Positions 48,035 to 59,523 of a stretch of DNA of 64,000 bases are shown here, piece by piece. Under the pieces are notes generated by a model. That model saw only the letters and a program-made list of their open reading frames with translations, was not told where the DNA came from and ran no database searches. Source of the stretch: Elusimicrobiota bacterium (GTDB taxonomy: Bacteria > Elusimicrobiota > Elusimicrobia > 2-02-FULL-39-32); contig JAKFYJ010000004.1 in the NCBI GenBank assembly GCA_021730935.1, forward strand, positions 142,412 through 206,411, given 5' to 3'. How positions within the stretch are numbered: the stretch's first letter is position 1; each line of letters opens with the position of its first letter. The translations under genes were made by a program, and so were the position numbers.

Positions 48035-48493
48035 ATGCAATTTAACCCCACCATCATCGATCATTTCACCAACCCCAGGAACGCGGGAGAGATCCCGAAC
48101 GCGAGCGGGGTGGGCACTGTGGGACATCCTGTGTGCGGCGACATTGTCCGGCTCTATATCAAGGTGGACAAAAAGGGCGCTGAAGAAGTGATCTCCGAGG
48201 TGAAGTTCAAAACTTTCGGGTGCACGGCGGCCATCGCAACAAGTTCGGTCGCCACGGAGCTCATCAAGGGGAAAACGATCAAAGATGCCCTTGCGATCAA
48301 GGATCAGGAAGTGGCCGACGCTCTCGGGGGGCTTCCGCCCATCAAGATGCATTGCTCCGTTCTCGCGCATGACGCCATCCAGGCCGCTGTGGCGGACTAT
48401 AAGAAAAATTTGGGACAAGCGTCCATGGCGGAAAAAGTCCTGCAGGAAAATTTGAAACACGAAGAAGCCGAGCTTCATCCGAGGAAAAAATAA
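48035..48493 (+). CDS. iscU: Fe-S cluster assembly scaffold IscU/NifU-like
   Basis: HFTNPRNAGE..., the three conserved Cys (VCGD, FGCTAAIA, MHCSVLA) and LPPIK-like motif (GGLPPIKMHC). Confidence 0.9.
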   Translation: MQFNPTIIDHFTNPRNAGEIPNASGVGTVGHPVCGDIVRLYIKVDKKGAEEVISEVKFKTFGCTAAIATSSVATELIKGKTIKDALAIKDQEVADALGGLPPIKMHCSVLAHDAIQAAVADYKKNLGQASMAEKVLQENLKHEEAELHPRKK

Positions 48494-48819
48494 TGTTACT
48501 TTCAATCACCGAAAAAGCCGCAACCAAAGTCAGGCAGATCGCTGAAAAGCAGGGCAAACCCATCACGGCGCTCCGCATTCAAGTCGTGGGGGGCGGCTGT
48601 TCGGGACTGTCGTATAATTTCGGGTTCGCCGAAGCTCTCGACGCCAAAGATAAAATTTTTGAACAGCACGGGGTCAAGGTCGCGGTGGACCCGCGCACGC
48701 TCCTTTATATCGCCGGCTCCGAGCTGGATTATGAAACCACTCTCATGAAGTCCGGGTTTAAAGTGAAAAATCCCAACGCGACCGTGAGCTGTTCCTGCGG
48801 AGACTCTTTCAGTGTCTGA
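48493..48819 (+). CDS. Fe-S cluster insertion protein (IscA/HesB/ErpA family)
   Basis: 108 aa with conserved Cys (GGGCSG) and a C-terminal CSCGDSF. Confidence 0.85.
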   Translation: MLLSITEKAATKVRQIAEKQGKPITALRIQVVGGGCSGLSYNFGFAEALDAKDKIFEQHGVKVAVDPRTLLYIAGSELDYETTLMKSGFKVKNPNATVSCSCGDSFSV

Positions 48820-49066
48820 TCCGCTCGTCGTTGATTTGAACGACCTTTTTCCTCCCAAAACTTCTCCGGCCCAGGTCCGCGAAAAAGTGGACGGCTGGGA
48901 CGTTTCGTCATATAAAGACAAGTCCGTTCAAATCCGCGGCTGTTCCCCGACCTGGGCGCACTTGATCGTGGCCGGAAAATTGTTCGGGACGGCATCCTCC
49001 GTCGATTTTCTGATGGACGATGCGAAAGGCGGAGTCTCCATCCCGGTGTTCCGCAGGTCCAATTAA
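48812..49066 (+). CDS. Small hypothetical protein (84 aa)
   Basis: Overlaps the iscA stop by 8 nt. No family recognised. Confidence 0.35.
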   Translation: MSDPLVVDLNDLFPPKTSPAQVREKVDGWDVSSYKDKSVQIRGCSPTWAHLIVAGKLFGTASSVDFLMDDAKGGVSIPVFRRSN

Positions 49067-50651
49067 AAGGCATCTCCCGCTTCTTTTCCTCGCTTTAATC
49101 GCCGTTCCTCTCGGAGCGGAACCTCCCGCACCCCAGTTCATCCTCGAAACAGAGCCCGGCCGGGCCGCGAAGCAAAACCTCAAAGATTATCAGGGCATGA
49201 ACATCAAGATTATCGACGAAGACGGCAACTTTTTTTGTTATGCTCCGACGCTCGCGAAAAGCCCTTTCATCCAGCGTGAAGATTTCCTGAGCGATGTCCC
49301 GGCGGATCTCGGCAAGCAAATTTATCTCGACTTGTCTCCCCTGCTCCTGCCCCGACTGAACCTGTCGTCTCAGGAACTCGGGAACCTCGTTTCGGGATTT
49401 TCCAATAACTATGTTTTCACGGGCGTCACTCTCCAGCCTCATTCGGAAGAAACGCTTTCTCATGTTTATGTCGCCGCGGCCAACCGCAAAAAGAAACTGA
49501 ACCTCAAGGTGACGAGCCCCGCGTTCGAGAAATATATTTTTGGTTATGCCGGAACGGACCCGATCCTCACGCGGTCTCCGGACCGCTGGATCACGGTGGA
49601 GACGACGGAGACGGTGGCTCTCGGCGACATCGCTTTCAGCCTGGGCCGAGCTCTGGACAAAGACCTTTGGACCCTCTCGGAAAACCATAACCTCCTTCTT
49701 TATCGAGCCGTCCAACATCATCCGAAGGGATATTTTTTGCCCGATGACCCCTCCAGCGAAAAGCTTCGAACGGAGCTTCTGGAAATTTCCGATTCCAAAC
49801 TCCCGGCTGAAAAGAAACCCGTCGCCAACCTCGTTCTGGGTCCATCCGCGGATCTCAAGTTCACAATCCCCCAGCAGTTCAGCGGCATCACAAACGCCCT
49901 CACCGCCAACGGTTTTGACATCCGCGTGACTTTCGAGACTTTCATGGACAAGGCGGATTTGTATTATGTCGTGGGCCGGGAAGCCTGGCTGGACAACCTC
50001 AAGTTTTTTGACGCGCTCCTCCGCCTGATGGATTCCAAGCGGAGCCATGTTTATGTCCCCGTGATCCTGCACCCCTGGGGGGAAATCAGGAATCTCCGCC
50101 GCTGGAAAAAAATACGAAAGCATTTCCATATCCCGGACACCGAAGAAGGCTGGATCAGCGAAATTCCGGCATTCTTGAAAGAGCGCGGGCGGAAAATTGA
50201 GTGGGGCGGCGGCGTCTTGCCCAAAGGCGCGGGGATGACTTTTCTGCGCTCTGAGCCCATCCGTCACGCGGGAGGCAACATCGCTCTCTCGGAGCTTGTC
50301 GGCACCCAGACGCTTGCGCTCATACTCCAGTCCGGCAACCATTTCCTTGTGAACGGATATCCGCTCAAGATGGAAGCGGGATATGTTCTCTCGCGCCTCG
50401 CGGGCGGCGCTCTCAAGGCCCCGACCCTGGCTTATGTTTCCGCGGGCAAATTCCGCACCGCGGCGTTCGCTCTCGAAGAGACCTATCTTTCTCTCAAGCT
50501 TCCCGCTCTGGACCTGCCCAGGGAATGGCGCATGACGGTCTATGGCGCAGACGGCATTCGGGCGGAAGAAACGGCGGTTCCCGGCTCGGAAGCGATTGAC
50601 GCCAGAATCAAGGCGGGAGAACTCCTGCTCATTGAAGCCGTTCTTCCTTGA
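49020..50651 (+). CDS. Hypothetical secreted protein (543 aa)
   Basis: Predicted signal peptide (HLPLLFLALIAVPLGA). No recognisable motifs. Confidence 0.45.
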   Translation: MRKAESPSRCSAGPIKRHLPLLFLALIAVPLGAEPPAPQFILETEPGRAAKQNLKDYQGMNIKIIDEDGNFFCYAPTLAKSPFIQREDFLSDVPADLGKQIYLDLSPLLLPRLNLSSQELGNLVSGFSNNYVFTGVTLQPHSEETLSHVYVAAANRKKKLNLKVTSPAFEKYIFGYAGTDPILTRSPDRWITVETTETVALGDIAFSLGRALDKDLWTLSENHNLLLYRAVQHHPKGYFLPDDPSSEKLRTELLEISDSKLPAEKKPVANLVLGPSADLKFTIPQQFSGITNALTANGFDIRVTFETFMDKADLYYVVGREAWLDNLKFFDALLRLMDSKRSHVYVPVILHPWGEIRNLRRWKKIRKHFHIPDTEEGWISEIPAFLKERGRKIEWGGGVLPKGAGMTFLRSEPIRHAGGNIALSELVGTQTLALILQSGNHFLVNGYPLKMEAGYVLSRLAGGALKAPTLAYVSAGKFRTAAFALEETYLSLKLPALDLPREWRMTVYGADGIRAEETAVPGSEAIDARIKAGELLLIEAVLP

Positions 50652-50707
50652 CTGGGCGTCTCTCATTTAATACGATAAAAAAATCCCGTTAGCTTCACAA
50701 AAAAACT

Positions 50708-51949
50708 ATGGTTCATGTCCTTTGGATTTTTCTTCTCGTTCTCCTCATTGCCAGCTGGGCATTATTCATCCGATATTACCGCGCTTTGGGTTCCGGCCAG
50801 GACCAGACTTCCAGGAAATTTGAAGATCAGCGCCGGCAGATCATGGAACAGTTCGCTTCCATGGGCGTTTTCACGGAACTGCTGGCCGGCATCCACGAGT
50901 TCGTCTCCGGCAACCCCGATCCTGAATCCAAAAAATCTCTCTATAAAATGATCCTGGACGCCGCCTGCCAGATCATGAAATGCCCTTCGGGGTCCCTCAT
51001 GATGGCGGACAAGGACGGCGCGGAGCTGGAAATCGTGGCCTCAAAGGGCCTGAGCGAACCCCAGCAGGCCATGCGCCTCAAATTCGGGGACGGCGTGGCG
51101 GGCCGGGCGGCGGCTCAGGGAAAACCTGTGGTCGTGGACAACATCGACACGGACGCGCGGTTCGTGGGGAAAAAAGAACTGGAAGTCCGTCTGAAATCTC
51201 TCGTCTCGGTTCCCCTCAAGATCAAAAGCCGCGTGATCGGCGTGATCAACACCGATTTCCCGGACGCTCACAGGGCGTTCCATGACCGCGACATCGAGCT
51301 CCTCACCGTCTTGGCGAACCTTTCGGCGATCGCGATCGAAAACCTGGATCTTTACAGCAACCTTCAGCTTTTTTATCTTGAGATGGTGGAGAGCATGGCG
51401 ACTTCGCTTGAATATAAAGAGTTCGAAGCCGGTGTTCACCCAACCGCGGACCCGTCTCTGAACCGAAACCATGCCAGAGCGATCGCGCAGGAAATGAAGC
51501 TCCCGGAATCCATCGTGCGATATGTGGAATATGCCGCTTTGATCCACGCCATCGGCAAAATCGGGATCGGCGAAACCATTTTGAGGAAGCCGGGGAAATT
51601 GACGCCGGAAGAATATGAAAAGATGAAAAAGCATCCCGAGATCGCCCAGCAGATGATCTCGAGGGTCAAATTCCTCTCGCCCATATTGCCCATGGTGCTT
51701 TATCACCAGGAACGCTGGGACGGGAAAGGATATCCCGCGGGACTCAAAGGCGAAGAAATTCCTTTGGGCGCCCGCATCGTGATGGCCGTCACGGCTTATT
51801 CCGCCATGGTCACGGATCGGCCCTATCGCCAGAAATTGAACCTGGAAGACGCGATCGATGAGCTCAAACGCGGGTCCGGCACCCAGTTTGACCCGAAGGT
51901 GGTTGACGCGTTCGTAAAAGTGCTGGAACGGGGCGCGGCGCTTCGTTGA
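50708..51949 (+). CDS. Membrane-anchored GAF + HD-GYP domain cyclic-di-GMP phosphodiesterase
   Basis: N-terminal TM, a GAF domain, the HD motif (IHAIGKIGIGE) and GYP (DGKGYPAGL). Confidence 0.85.
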   Translation: MVHVLWIFLLVLLIASWALFIRYYRALGSGQDQTSRKFEDQRRQIMEQFASMGVFTELLAGIHEFVSGNPDPESKKSLYKMILDAACQIMKCPSGSLMMADKDGAELEIVASKGLSEPQQAMRLKFGDGVAGRAAAQGKPVVVDNIDTDARFVGKKELEVRLKSLVSVPLKIKSRVIGVINTDFPDAHRAFHDRDIELLTVLANLSAIAIENLDLYSNLQLFYLEMVESMATSLEYKEFEAGVHPTADPSLNRNHARAIAQEMKLPESIVRYVEYAALIHAIGKIGIGETILRKPGKLTPEEYEKMKKHPEIAQQMISRVKFLSPILPMVLYHQERWDGKGYPAGLKGEEIPLGARIVMAVTAYSAMVTDRPYRQKLNLEDAIDELKRGSGTQFDPKVVDAFVKVLERGAALR

Positions 51950-52620
51950 GAGGAACGCTTTTCGTCGTCGCCACGCCTCTGGGCCACCTCTCGGACATGA
52001 CGTTCCGGGCTGTTGACACTTTGAAGGCGGTCGACTGGATCCTTTGCGAGGACACCCGCCGCACGCTTCAGCTCCTCAACCATTTCGGCATAAAAAAACC
52101 GCTTCTTACGATCTTCGGCCCCAAGGAAAAACGGGAAACGGCCCGCGTCCTCCGTCTTCTGGACGAGGGGAAATCCGCCGCTCTGGTGTCAGACGCCGGG
52201 ACTCCCGGGCTTTCGGACCCGGGGAACTTTCTCGTGAAGGAAGCGCGTTCGGCGGGGTTCAATGTCGTTCCCATTCCGGGCCCTTCAGCCGGGGCGGCCC
52301 TGGCCTCCGTTTCCGGGGTCTGCGAAGACGGATTCATTTTTTTGGGGTTTTTGCCGCGAAAAAAAAGTAAAATTATCCGAGAGCTTACGGAAGCCGCAGC
52401 CCCCGGGAAGCCCGTCATATTTTTCGAGTCCCCGTTCCGCGTCCTTGAGACGCTCCAGATCGCCCAGGGCGTCTTTGGAGCCGAGGCTTATTGTCTGGTG
52501 GGCCGGGAGATGACCAAGAAGTTCGAAGAGTTCATTTCGGGCAAACTGTCCGAGGTGCCTCTGATGCTGGAAGCAGGAAAAATTTTGGGAGAGTTCACAG
52601 TTTTAATCAAGCCGATATGA
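51946..52620 (+). CDS. rsmI: 16S rRNA (cytidine1402-2'-O)-methyltransferase RsmI
   Basis: LFVVATPLGHLSDMTFRAVDTLKAVDWILCEDTR is the classic RsmI N-terminus (tetrapyrrole-methylase fold). Confidence 0.9.
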   Translation: MRGTLFVVATPLGHLSDMTFRAVDTLKAVDWILCEDTRRTLQLLNHFGIKKPLLTIFGPKEKRETARVLRLLDEGKSAALVSDAGTPGLSDPGNFLVKEARSAGFNVVPIPGPSAGAALASVSGVCEDGFIFLGFLPRKKSKIIRELTEAAAPGKPVIFFESPFRVLETLQIAQGVFGAEAYCLVGREMTKKFEEFISGKLSEVPLMLEAGKILGEFTVLIKPI

Positions 52621-53621
52621 AAACCGTCTCGATCATTGGAGCCACCGGATACACCGGGGGCGAACTTTTAAGATATCTGATCCCTCACCCTGGGGTCAAG
52701 ATTGTCCATGTCACCTCCGAATCTTCAAGCGGCAAAAAAATTTCCGCCGTTCACCAGGATTTATTAGGCAAAATCAGCCTCACGCTCGAGAAAAATAACC
52801 CCGAAAAAATAGCCAAAGACAGCGACCTCGTTTTTTTATGTCTCCCGCACGCCGAGTCCGCCGCGACCGCGAAAAAATATCTCGATGCGGGCGTCAAAGT
52901 CATTGATCTCTCCGCCGATTTCAGGCTGAAAGACGCCAAACTTTATGAGAAGTGGTATAAAGTCCAGCATCCGCATCCCCAGCTTCTCAGCCAGGCGGTT
53001 TATGGTCTTCCGGAATTTTATAGAGAGAAAATAAAAAAAGCCAAACTGATCGCCAACCCCGGATGTTACAGCACCACTTCCATCCTGACGGCGGCGCCTC
53101 TGGTGAAACATAAACTTGTGGTGAAAAATTCCATCGTGATCGACGCCAAGTCGGGCGTTTCGGGCGCGGGGAAAAAAGTGGACGCAAGATATATTTTCTG
53201 CGAGACCCACGAGAATTTTTTGGCTTATGGCGTTTCGGGCCACAGGCATTTGCCGGAGATTGAAGATCAGCTGGGCGCGAAAGTCGTTTTTGTGCCGCAT
53301 TTGCTCCCCGTGAACCGGGGCATTTTATCGACGGTTTATGCGAAACTCGCCAGGAAAATAAGCGCGAAAGATTTGAGAGAAGTTTATGCCGATTTTTACA
53401 AGGACGAAACCTTTGTTCAGGTTTTGGAAGAAGGCAAATATCCCGAACTCAAGAGCGTTCAGCATTCCAATTTCTGCCAGATCGGAGTGGGGCTGGACTC
53501 AAAAGGAGAGACCGCCATTGCGGTCGGCGTGACCGACAATCTGGGCAAGGGAGCGTCCAGCCAGGCCGTGCAGAACATGAACCTGGTTTTGGGCTTCAAG
53601 GAAGAGACCGGGCTTATATAA
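52617..53621 (+). CDS. argC: N-acetyl-gamma-glutamyl-phosphate reductase
   Basis: IIGATGYTGGELLR and the active-site region NPGCYSTT. The ATG overlaps the rsmI stop (ATGA). Confidence 0.9.
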   Translation: MKTVSIIGATGYTGGELLRYLIPHPGVKIVHVTSESSSGKKISAVHQDLLGKISLTLEKNNPEKIAKDSDLVFLCLPHAESAATAKKYLDAGVKVIDLSADFRLKDAKLYEKWYKVQHPHPQLLSQAVYGLPEFYREKIKKAKLIANPGCYSTTSILTAAPLVKHKLVVKNSIVIDAKSGVSGAGKKVDARYIFCETHENFLAYGVSGHRHLPEIEDQLGAKVVFVPHLLPVNRGILSTVYAKLARKISAKDLREVYADFYKDETFVQVLEEGKYPELKSVQHSNFCQIGVGLDSKGETAIAVGVTDNLGKGASSQAVQNMNLVLGFKEETGLI

Positions 53622-53651
53622 GCAAGGAAAAGAAAATAAAGGAGACACAGC

Positions 53652-53888
53652 ATGGGAATTCTCACCATCATCAAGAGCTGGTTCAGCAAAGAAACGGAAG
53701 AAGGACAGGGCCACAAGAACGGAAACGGCAATGGCAACGGAAACGGGAAAGACCTCAAAATCACCTGCGCGGAATGCCGCAAACCTTTCATTTTTGAAGC
53801 GGGGGAACAGAAGTTTTACAAGATGCGGGGATTGACCCCTCCCAAACGATGCACCAACTGCCGCAACAAAAGACGGCGGAGAAGATGA
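53652..53888 (+). CDS. Small zinc-ribbon protein with (Gly-Asn)n repeat
   Basis: 78 aa with HKNGNGNGNGNGKD encoded by an imperfect hexanucleotide repeat, then CAEC...CTNC and an R/K-rich tail. Confidence 0.55.
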   Translation: MGILTIIKSWFSKETEEGQGHKNGNGNGNGNGKDLKITCAECRKPFIFEAGEQKFYKMRGLTPPKRCTNCRNKRRRRR

Positions 53889-53908
53889 TCGAAAATAAAA
53901 ATTGCCGG

Positions 53909-53936
53909 AATGTTCTTTTTTATAAAAAAGAACATT
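53909..53936. terminator. AT-rich perfect palindrome, possible bidirectional terminator/hairpin
   Basis: AATGTTCTTTTTTAT|ATAAAAAAGAACATT, between the small Zn-ribbon gene and argJ. Carries a U-tract on both strands, but the stem is GC-poor. Confidence 0.3.
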
Positions 53937-53958
53937 TCGACAATTTTTATCTGATTTT

Positions 53959-55146
53959 ATGAAGAATTTTCCTCTCGGTTTTCAATCACAGGGACTTCAC
54001 TGCGGGATCGGCAAAAAGAAGACCAAGCCGGACCTGGCGATTTTTATCTCTTGTGAGCCTTGTCAGGCGGCGGGCGTGTTCACCCAAAATCAGGTGAAAG
54101 CGGCTCCTGTTGTTCTCTCACAGGAACGGCTCAAGAAGGGCCGGGCGGCGGCAGTCATCATCAATTCCGGGTGCGCAAATGCCTGCACCGGGGACCAGGG
54201 ACGCAAAGACGCGGTCAAGACGGCGGAACTCGTCGCGCAGAACATGCTCATTCATGCCAACGATGTGTTGGTGGCTTCCACCGGCGTGATCGGCGCGCAC
54301 TTGCCGATGGACAAGATGGCTTCGGGCGTGAAAGACCTTTGTTCCGCCATCTCTGAAGGTCAAAATGACCCGCTTCAGGCCGTCAAAGCCATGATGACCA
54401 CGGACACGGTTCCCAAATTTGAGTCGGTGAAAGTGCATTCGCCCAAAGGGGTTTATCGCATCTGGGGCTGCGTGAAGGGCGCAGGGATGATCCACCCCAA
54501 CATGGCGACCATGATTTCCGTCATTTTGACCGACGCGTTTTTGCCCGCCCCCGCTTTGAAGCGCATTTTGAAAAGTGCGGCGGATGAAAGTTTCAACTGC
54601 GCGAGCGTGGACGGAGACACTTCCACCAACGATTCTGTTTATCTTTTGGCCAACGGAGCTTCAGGGGCCAACCTGACAAGTCCGGCGGACCTGAAAAAAT
54701 TTGAAGAGCATCTCAAGCAAATTTCCCTCAGCCTCGTGCGCCGCATGATCGCCGACGGCGAAGGCGCCACCAAGACGGTGGAGATCACGGTTGAGGGCGG
54801 GAAAACTCCCTCGGACGCCAAAAAAATAGCCGAAACTGTCGCGACGTCGCCCCTCGTCAAGACCGCGTTCTTCGGAAACGACGCCAACTGGGGCCGGATC
54901 ATGGCCGCGATCGGCAGATCAGGCGTAAAAATCGCGCCGGAGAAAATCAGCATTGCTTTCGGAGATTTGCCCGTCGCCAAGAATGGCCAGGCCCTCGCAT
55001 TCTCAGAAAAGAGAGCGCTCGAAATTTTAAAGAAGAAAATTGTTCCTGTCGCCATAAACCTGGGCCAGGGCAAAGCCGTTTCCCGCGCCTTCACCTGCGA
55101 TTTTTCTCTGGACTATGTGAAAATAAACGCTGAATATCGAACATAA
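53959..55146 (+). CDS. argJ: Bifunctional glutamate N-acetyltransferase/amino-acid acetyltransferase
   Basis: ArgJ motifs (MMTTDTVPK; ATMISVILTDA, containing the autocleavage Thr) at about 395 aa. Confidence 0.9.
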   Translation: MKNFPLGFQSQGLHCGIGKKKTKPDLAIFISCEPCQAAGVFTQNQVKAAPVVLSQERLKKGRAAAVIINSGCANACTGDQGRKDAVKTAELVAQNMLIHANDVLVASTGVIGAHLPMDKMASGVKDLCSAISEGQNDPLQAVKAMMTTDTVPKFESVKVHSPKGVYRIWGCVKGAGMIHPNMATMISVILTDAFLPAPALKRILKSAADESFNCASVDGDTSTNDSVYLLANGASGANLTSPADLKKFEEHLKQISLSLVRRMIADGEGATKTVEITVEGGKTPSDAKKIAETVATSPLVKTAFFGNDANWGRIMAAIGRSGVKIAPEKISIAFGDLPVAKNGQALAFSEKRALEILKKKIVPVAINLGQGKAVSRAFTCDFSLDYVKINAEYRT

Positions 55147-55268
55147 TTTTATAATAATCCACTTTGCGGCTTCTGATAAATAGCGTCAGCATTAGGCAGT
55201 CTGATGTTGAACAGTGTGGCTTTATCTGTTATAATAATGGCATTGCTTATGCCAAATATACATGAAAA

Positions 55269-56423
55269 ATGGAATCAGTAAGTAGATTTTTAAAGGCTCC
55301 GGAACAGAGCTTTTTCCTGTTCGGGCCCCGGGGAACGGGCAAGTCAACCTGGGCTCGCGCTCAGTTTAAAGGAGCCCTCCGGATCGATCTGCTGGAACCG
55401 GACCAATTTCGCGCTTACAGCGCCCGCCCCGAGCGGGTCCGGGAATTGCTTGAATCTCAAGCCCTCCCCGGATGGGTTATCATCGATGAAGTTCAAAAGG
55501 TTCCCGCGCTCTTGAGCGTCGTTCACGCGCTCATCGAGGAAAAACGCGGATGGCGTTTTGTCATGACGGGATCGAGCGCGCGAAAACTCAAGCGCGCAGG
55601 CGTGGATCTGCTCGCTGGCCGGGCCCTCATGAAAACGCTCCACCCTTTCATGGCGGCAGAGCTCGAAAAAGGGTTTAAACTGGAAGAAGCTTTGAAATCC
55701 GGGCTTCTCCCTTTGGTTTTGAACGCCGAGCATCCTGACGACATCCTCAAGGCCTATGCGGCGCTTTATTTGAAAGAGGAAGTGCAGATGGAGGGGCTTG
55801 TGAGAAATGTCGGGAACTTCTCGCGGTTTCTGGAGGCCATTAGTTTTTCTCACGGTTCTGTTCTGAACATCAGCAACGTTGCCAGGGACTGCGAAGTTCA
55901 GCGCAAGGTGGTTGAAGGGTATGTTGAGATTTTGGAAGACTTGCTTCTGTCGTTTCGGATTCCGGCTTTTTCAAAGCGGGCGAAACGAGCCATAGTGACG
56001 CACCCAAAATTTTATTATTTCGACGCCGGAGTTTTTCGGTCGCTGAGACCGCAGGGGCCCTTGGACCGGCCTCAGGAAACTGACGGACAATGCTTGGAAG
56101 GGCTTTTGGCTCAGCATTTGCGCGCCTGGGCGGCCTATCGCGGAGACAAATCAAAATTGTTTTTCTGGCGAACCCATTCTGGAAGTGAAGTTGATTTTGT
56201 AGTATATGGCGAAGACGGGTTCTGGGCCATTGAAGTTAAAAATACGGGCAAGGTAAAAGACGAGGATTTGAAGCCCTTGCGCGTTTTTTTGGAAGAATAT
56301 CCCGAAGCCCGAGCCATTTTTCTTTATCGCGGCAAAGAACGGCTTAAACGTAACGGGATTCTATGCATGCCTTGTGAGGATTTTTTGAGAGATCTTCATC
56401 CGGGGAAAACGATTTCGGCGTAA
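55269..56423 (+). CDS. AAA-family ATPase with DUF4143-like C-terminal domain
   Basis: Walker A (LFGPRGTGKST) and Walker B (VIIDEVQ). The architecture matches the widespread ATPase plus DUF4143 proteins. Confidence 0.75.
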   Translation: MESVSRFLKAPEQSFFLFGPRGTGKSTWARAQFKGALRIDLLEPDQFRAYSARPERVRELLESQALPGWVIIDEVQKVPALLSVVHALIEEKRGWRFVMTGSSARKLKRAGVDLLAGRALMKTLHPFMAAELEKGFKLEEALKSGLLPLVLNAEHPDDILKAYAALYLKEEVQMEGLVRNVGNFSRFLEAISFSHGSVLNISNVARDCEVQRKVVEGYVEILEDLLLSFRIPAFSKRAKRAIVTHPKFYYFDAGVFRSLRPQGPLDRPQETDGQCLEGLLAQHLRAWAAYRGDKSKLFFWRTHSGSEVDFVVYGEDGFWAIEVKNTGKVKDEDLKPLRVFLEEYPEARAIFLYRGKERLKRNGILCMPCEDFLRDLHPGKTISA

Positions 56424-56457
56424 AAAATATATCTGAATTATCCGCCAAAGGACTAAC

Positions 56458-58345
<1,888 letters not shown>

Positions 58346-58401
58346 TTATTTACAAATTTAGCCAATTAAAATACTATAGACTGAGTTATGATTAGGTCTA
58401 T

Positions 58402-58974
58402 TTGCCGATGAAAAACTTTAAATCAGGGATTCAAAAAGGGCTGGGCATTCTGCTAGTACTTTTTCTTGCAGCATTATGCTTTGTGGCATGGTGCTCATAT
58501 TGCCCAAAACTTCACTATCTCAATGCTTATCTTCCTAAAGACAATATTCAAATATCCTTAAGTGATGTTCAGATAAAAACACTAAATCAACTTATATCAA
58601 AGGGGATTGTTATTTCCGCAAGCGACCTATATAACGACACTATTGCTTTTTACAGTACACTTATCACCTGGCTCATTGGTATTTTAGGGATCAGCGGAAT
58701 CATTGGCTTTATATATGTGAGGAGTAAATCGCGTGAAGAAGCTGAGCACGAAGCTGAAAAAGCAGTTGATAACTATTTTGCCAAACAATCAGTGCATGAC
58801 ATGTTGGACAATAAGATTAAATCCGAGGTAGATAATCAACTTGAGGATGTGAAGAAAGATCTTGAAAGTTTGGAAGATATACAAGGAATAAAAGATAGCA
58901 TTCAAAAAATTGAAGAGAAAATTGAAGTTCTTGAAACAGATTCGGATAGGGTTATTCCTAAGGAGCCTGATTAA
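58402..58974 (+). CDS. Hypothetical 2-TM protein with C-terminal coiled coil (first gene of the low-GC operon)
   Basis: TM helices (GLGILLVLFLAALCFVAW; LITWLIGILGISGIIGFIYV) followed by an E/K-rich coiled coil. About 35-38% GC. Confidence 0.5.
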   Translation: MPMKNFKSGIQKGLGILLVLFLAALCFVAWCSYCPKLHYLNAYLPKDNIQISLSDVQIKTLNQLISKGIVISASDLYNDTIAFYSTLITWLIGILGISGIIGFIYVRSKSREEAEHEAEKAVDNYFAKQSVHDMLDNKIKSEVDNQLEDVKKDLESLEDIQGIKDSIQKIEEKIEVLETDSDRVIPKEPD

Positions 58975-59523
58975 ATGGCTGTAATTAAGAAGCAGTCCAC
59001 ACTCCTGCTTTCATATCCTGAAACGCTAGAAGAAATTACTCAGCAGAAGCACAGTAATATTTTTCAACAAGCCGAAAAATGGGGTATTAAAACGTATCCA
59101 TTTGATATTGAAAGTTTTATTGAGAGATGCGGAATAAGAATTGTTCGTGAAGAGATGGGCTATGATCTCTCAGGGTACATTGAGAAAAGGCATAAAAATT
59201 GGTTTATCGGATTAAATAAGTATCAATCTGTTCGACGACAAAGGTTTACGTTGGCGCATGAGTTTGTTCATTTTCTTTTTGATAAAAATGAGATTGAAAA
59301 TAGGCGTCATGACGACCATATTTTGTTGCGTAGCGAAGAAAATAATCCTAGGGAAAAACGTGCAAATGAATTTGCTGCTGAGTTGCTTATGCCAAAAACA
59401 ATTTTTAAAGAACAGGTGGATGGAGGGTTGCGCGATATTTCTGAGCTCGCACAGAAATTTGATGTTTCAATGGCCGCAGTTCGTTACAGAGCATATAAGT
59501 TAGGGTATATCAAAAATTACTAA
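58975..59523 (+). CDS. ImmA/IrrE-family zinc metallopeptidase (DUF955/COG2856-like)
   Basis: HEXXH (HEFVH) followed by EaNeFAAELLMP, about 180 aa. Start is 1 nt after the upstream stop. Confidence 0.75.
   Translation: MAVIKKQSTLLLSYPETLEEITQQKHSNIFQQAEKWGIKTYPFDIESFIERCGIRIVREEMGYDLSGYIEKRHKNWFIGLNKYQSVRRQRFTLAHEFVHFLFDKNEIENRRHDDHILLRSEENNPREKRANEFAAELLMPKTIFKEQVDGGLRDISELAQKFDVSMAAVRYRAYKLGYIKNY

Noticed and set aside
53694-53760. GGAAACGGCAATGGCAACGGAAACGGG hexanucleotide repeat considered as a CRISPR array or satellite
   Set aside because: The repeat unit is only 6 bp, tandem without spacers, and in frame within a small ORF, where it encodes (GN)n. It is not a CRISPR architecture.
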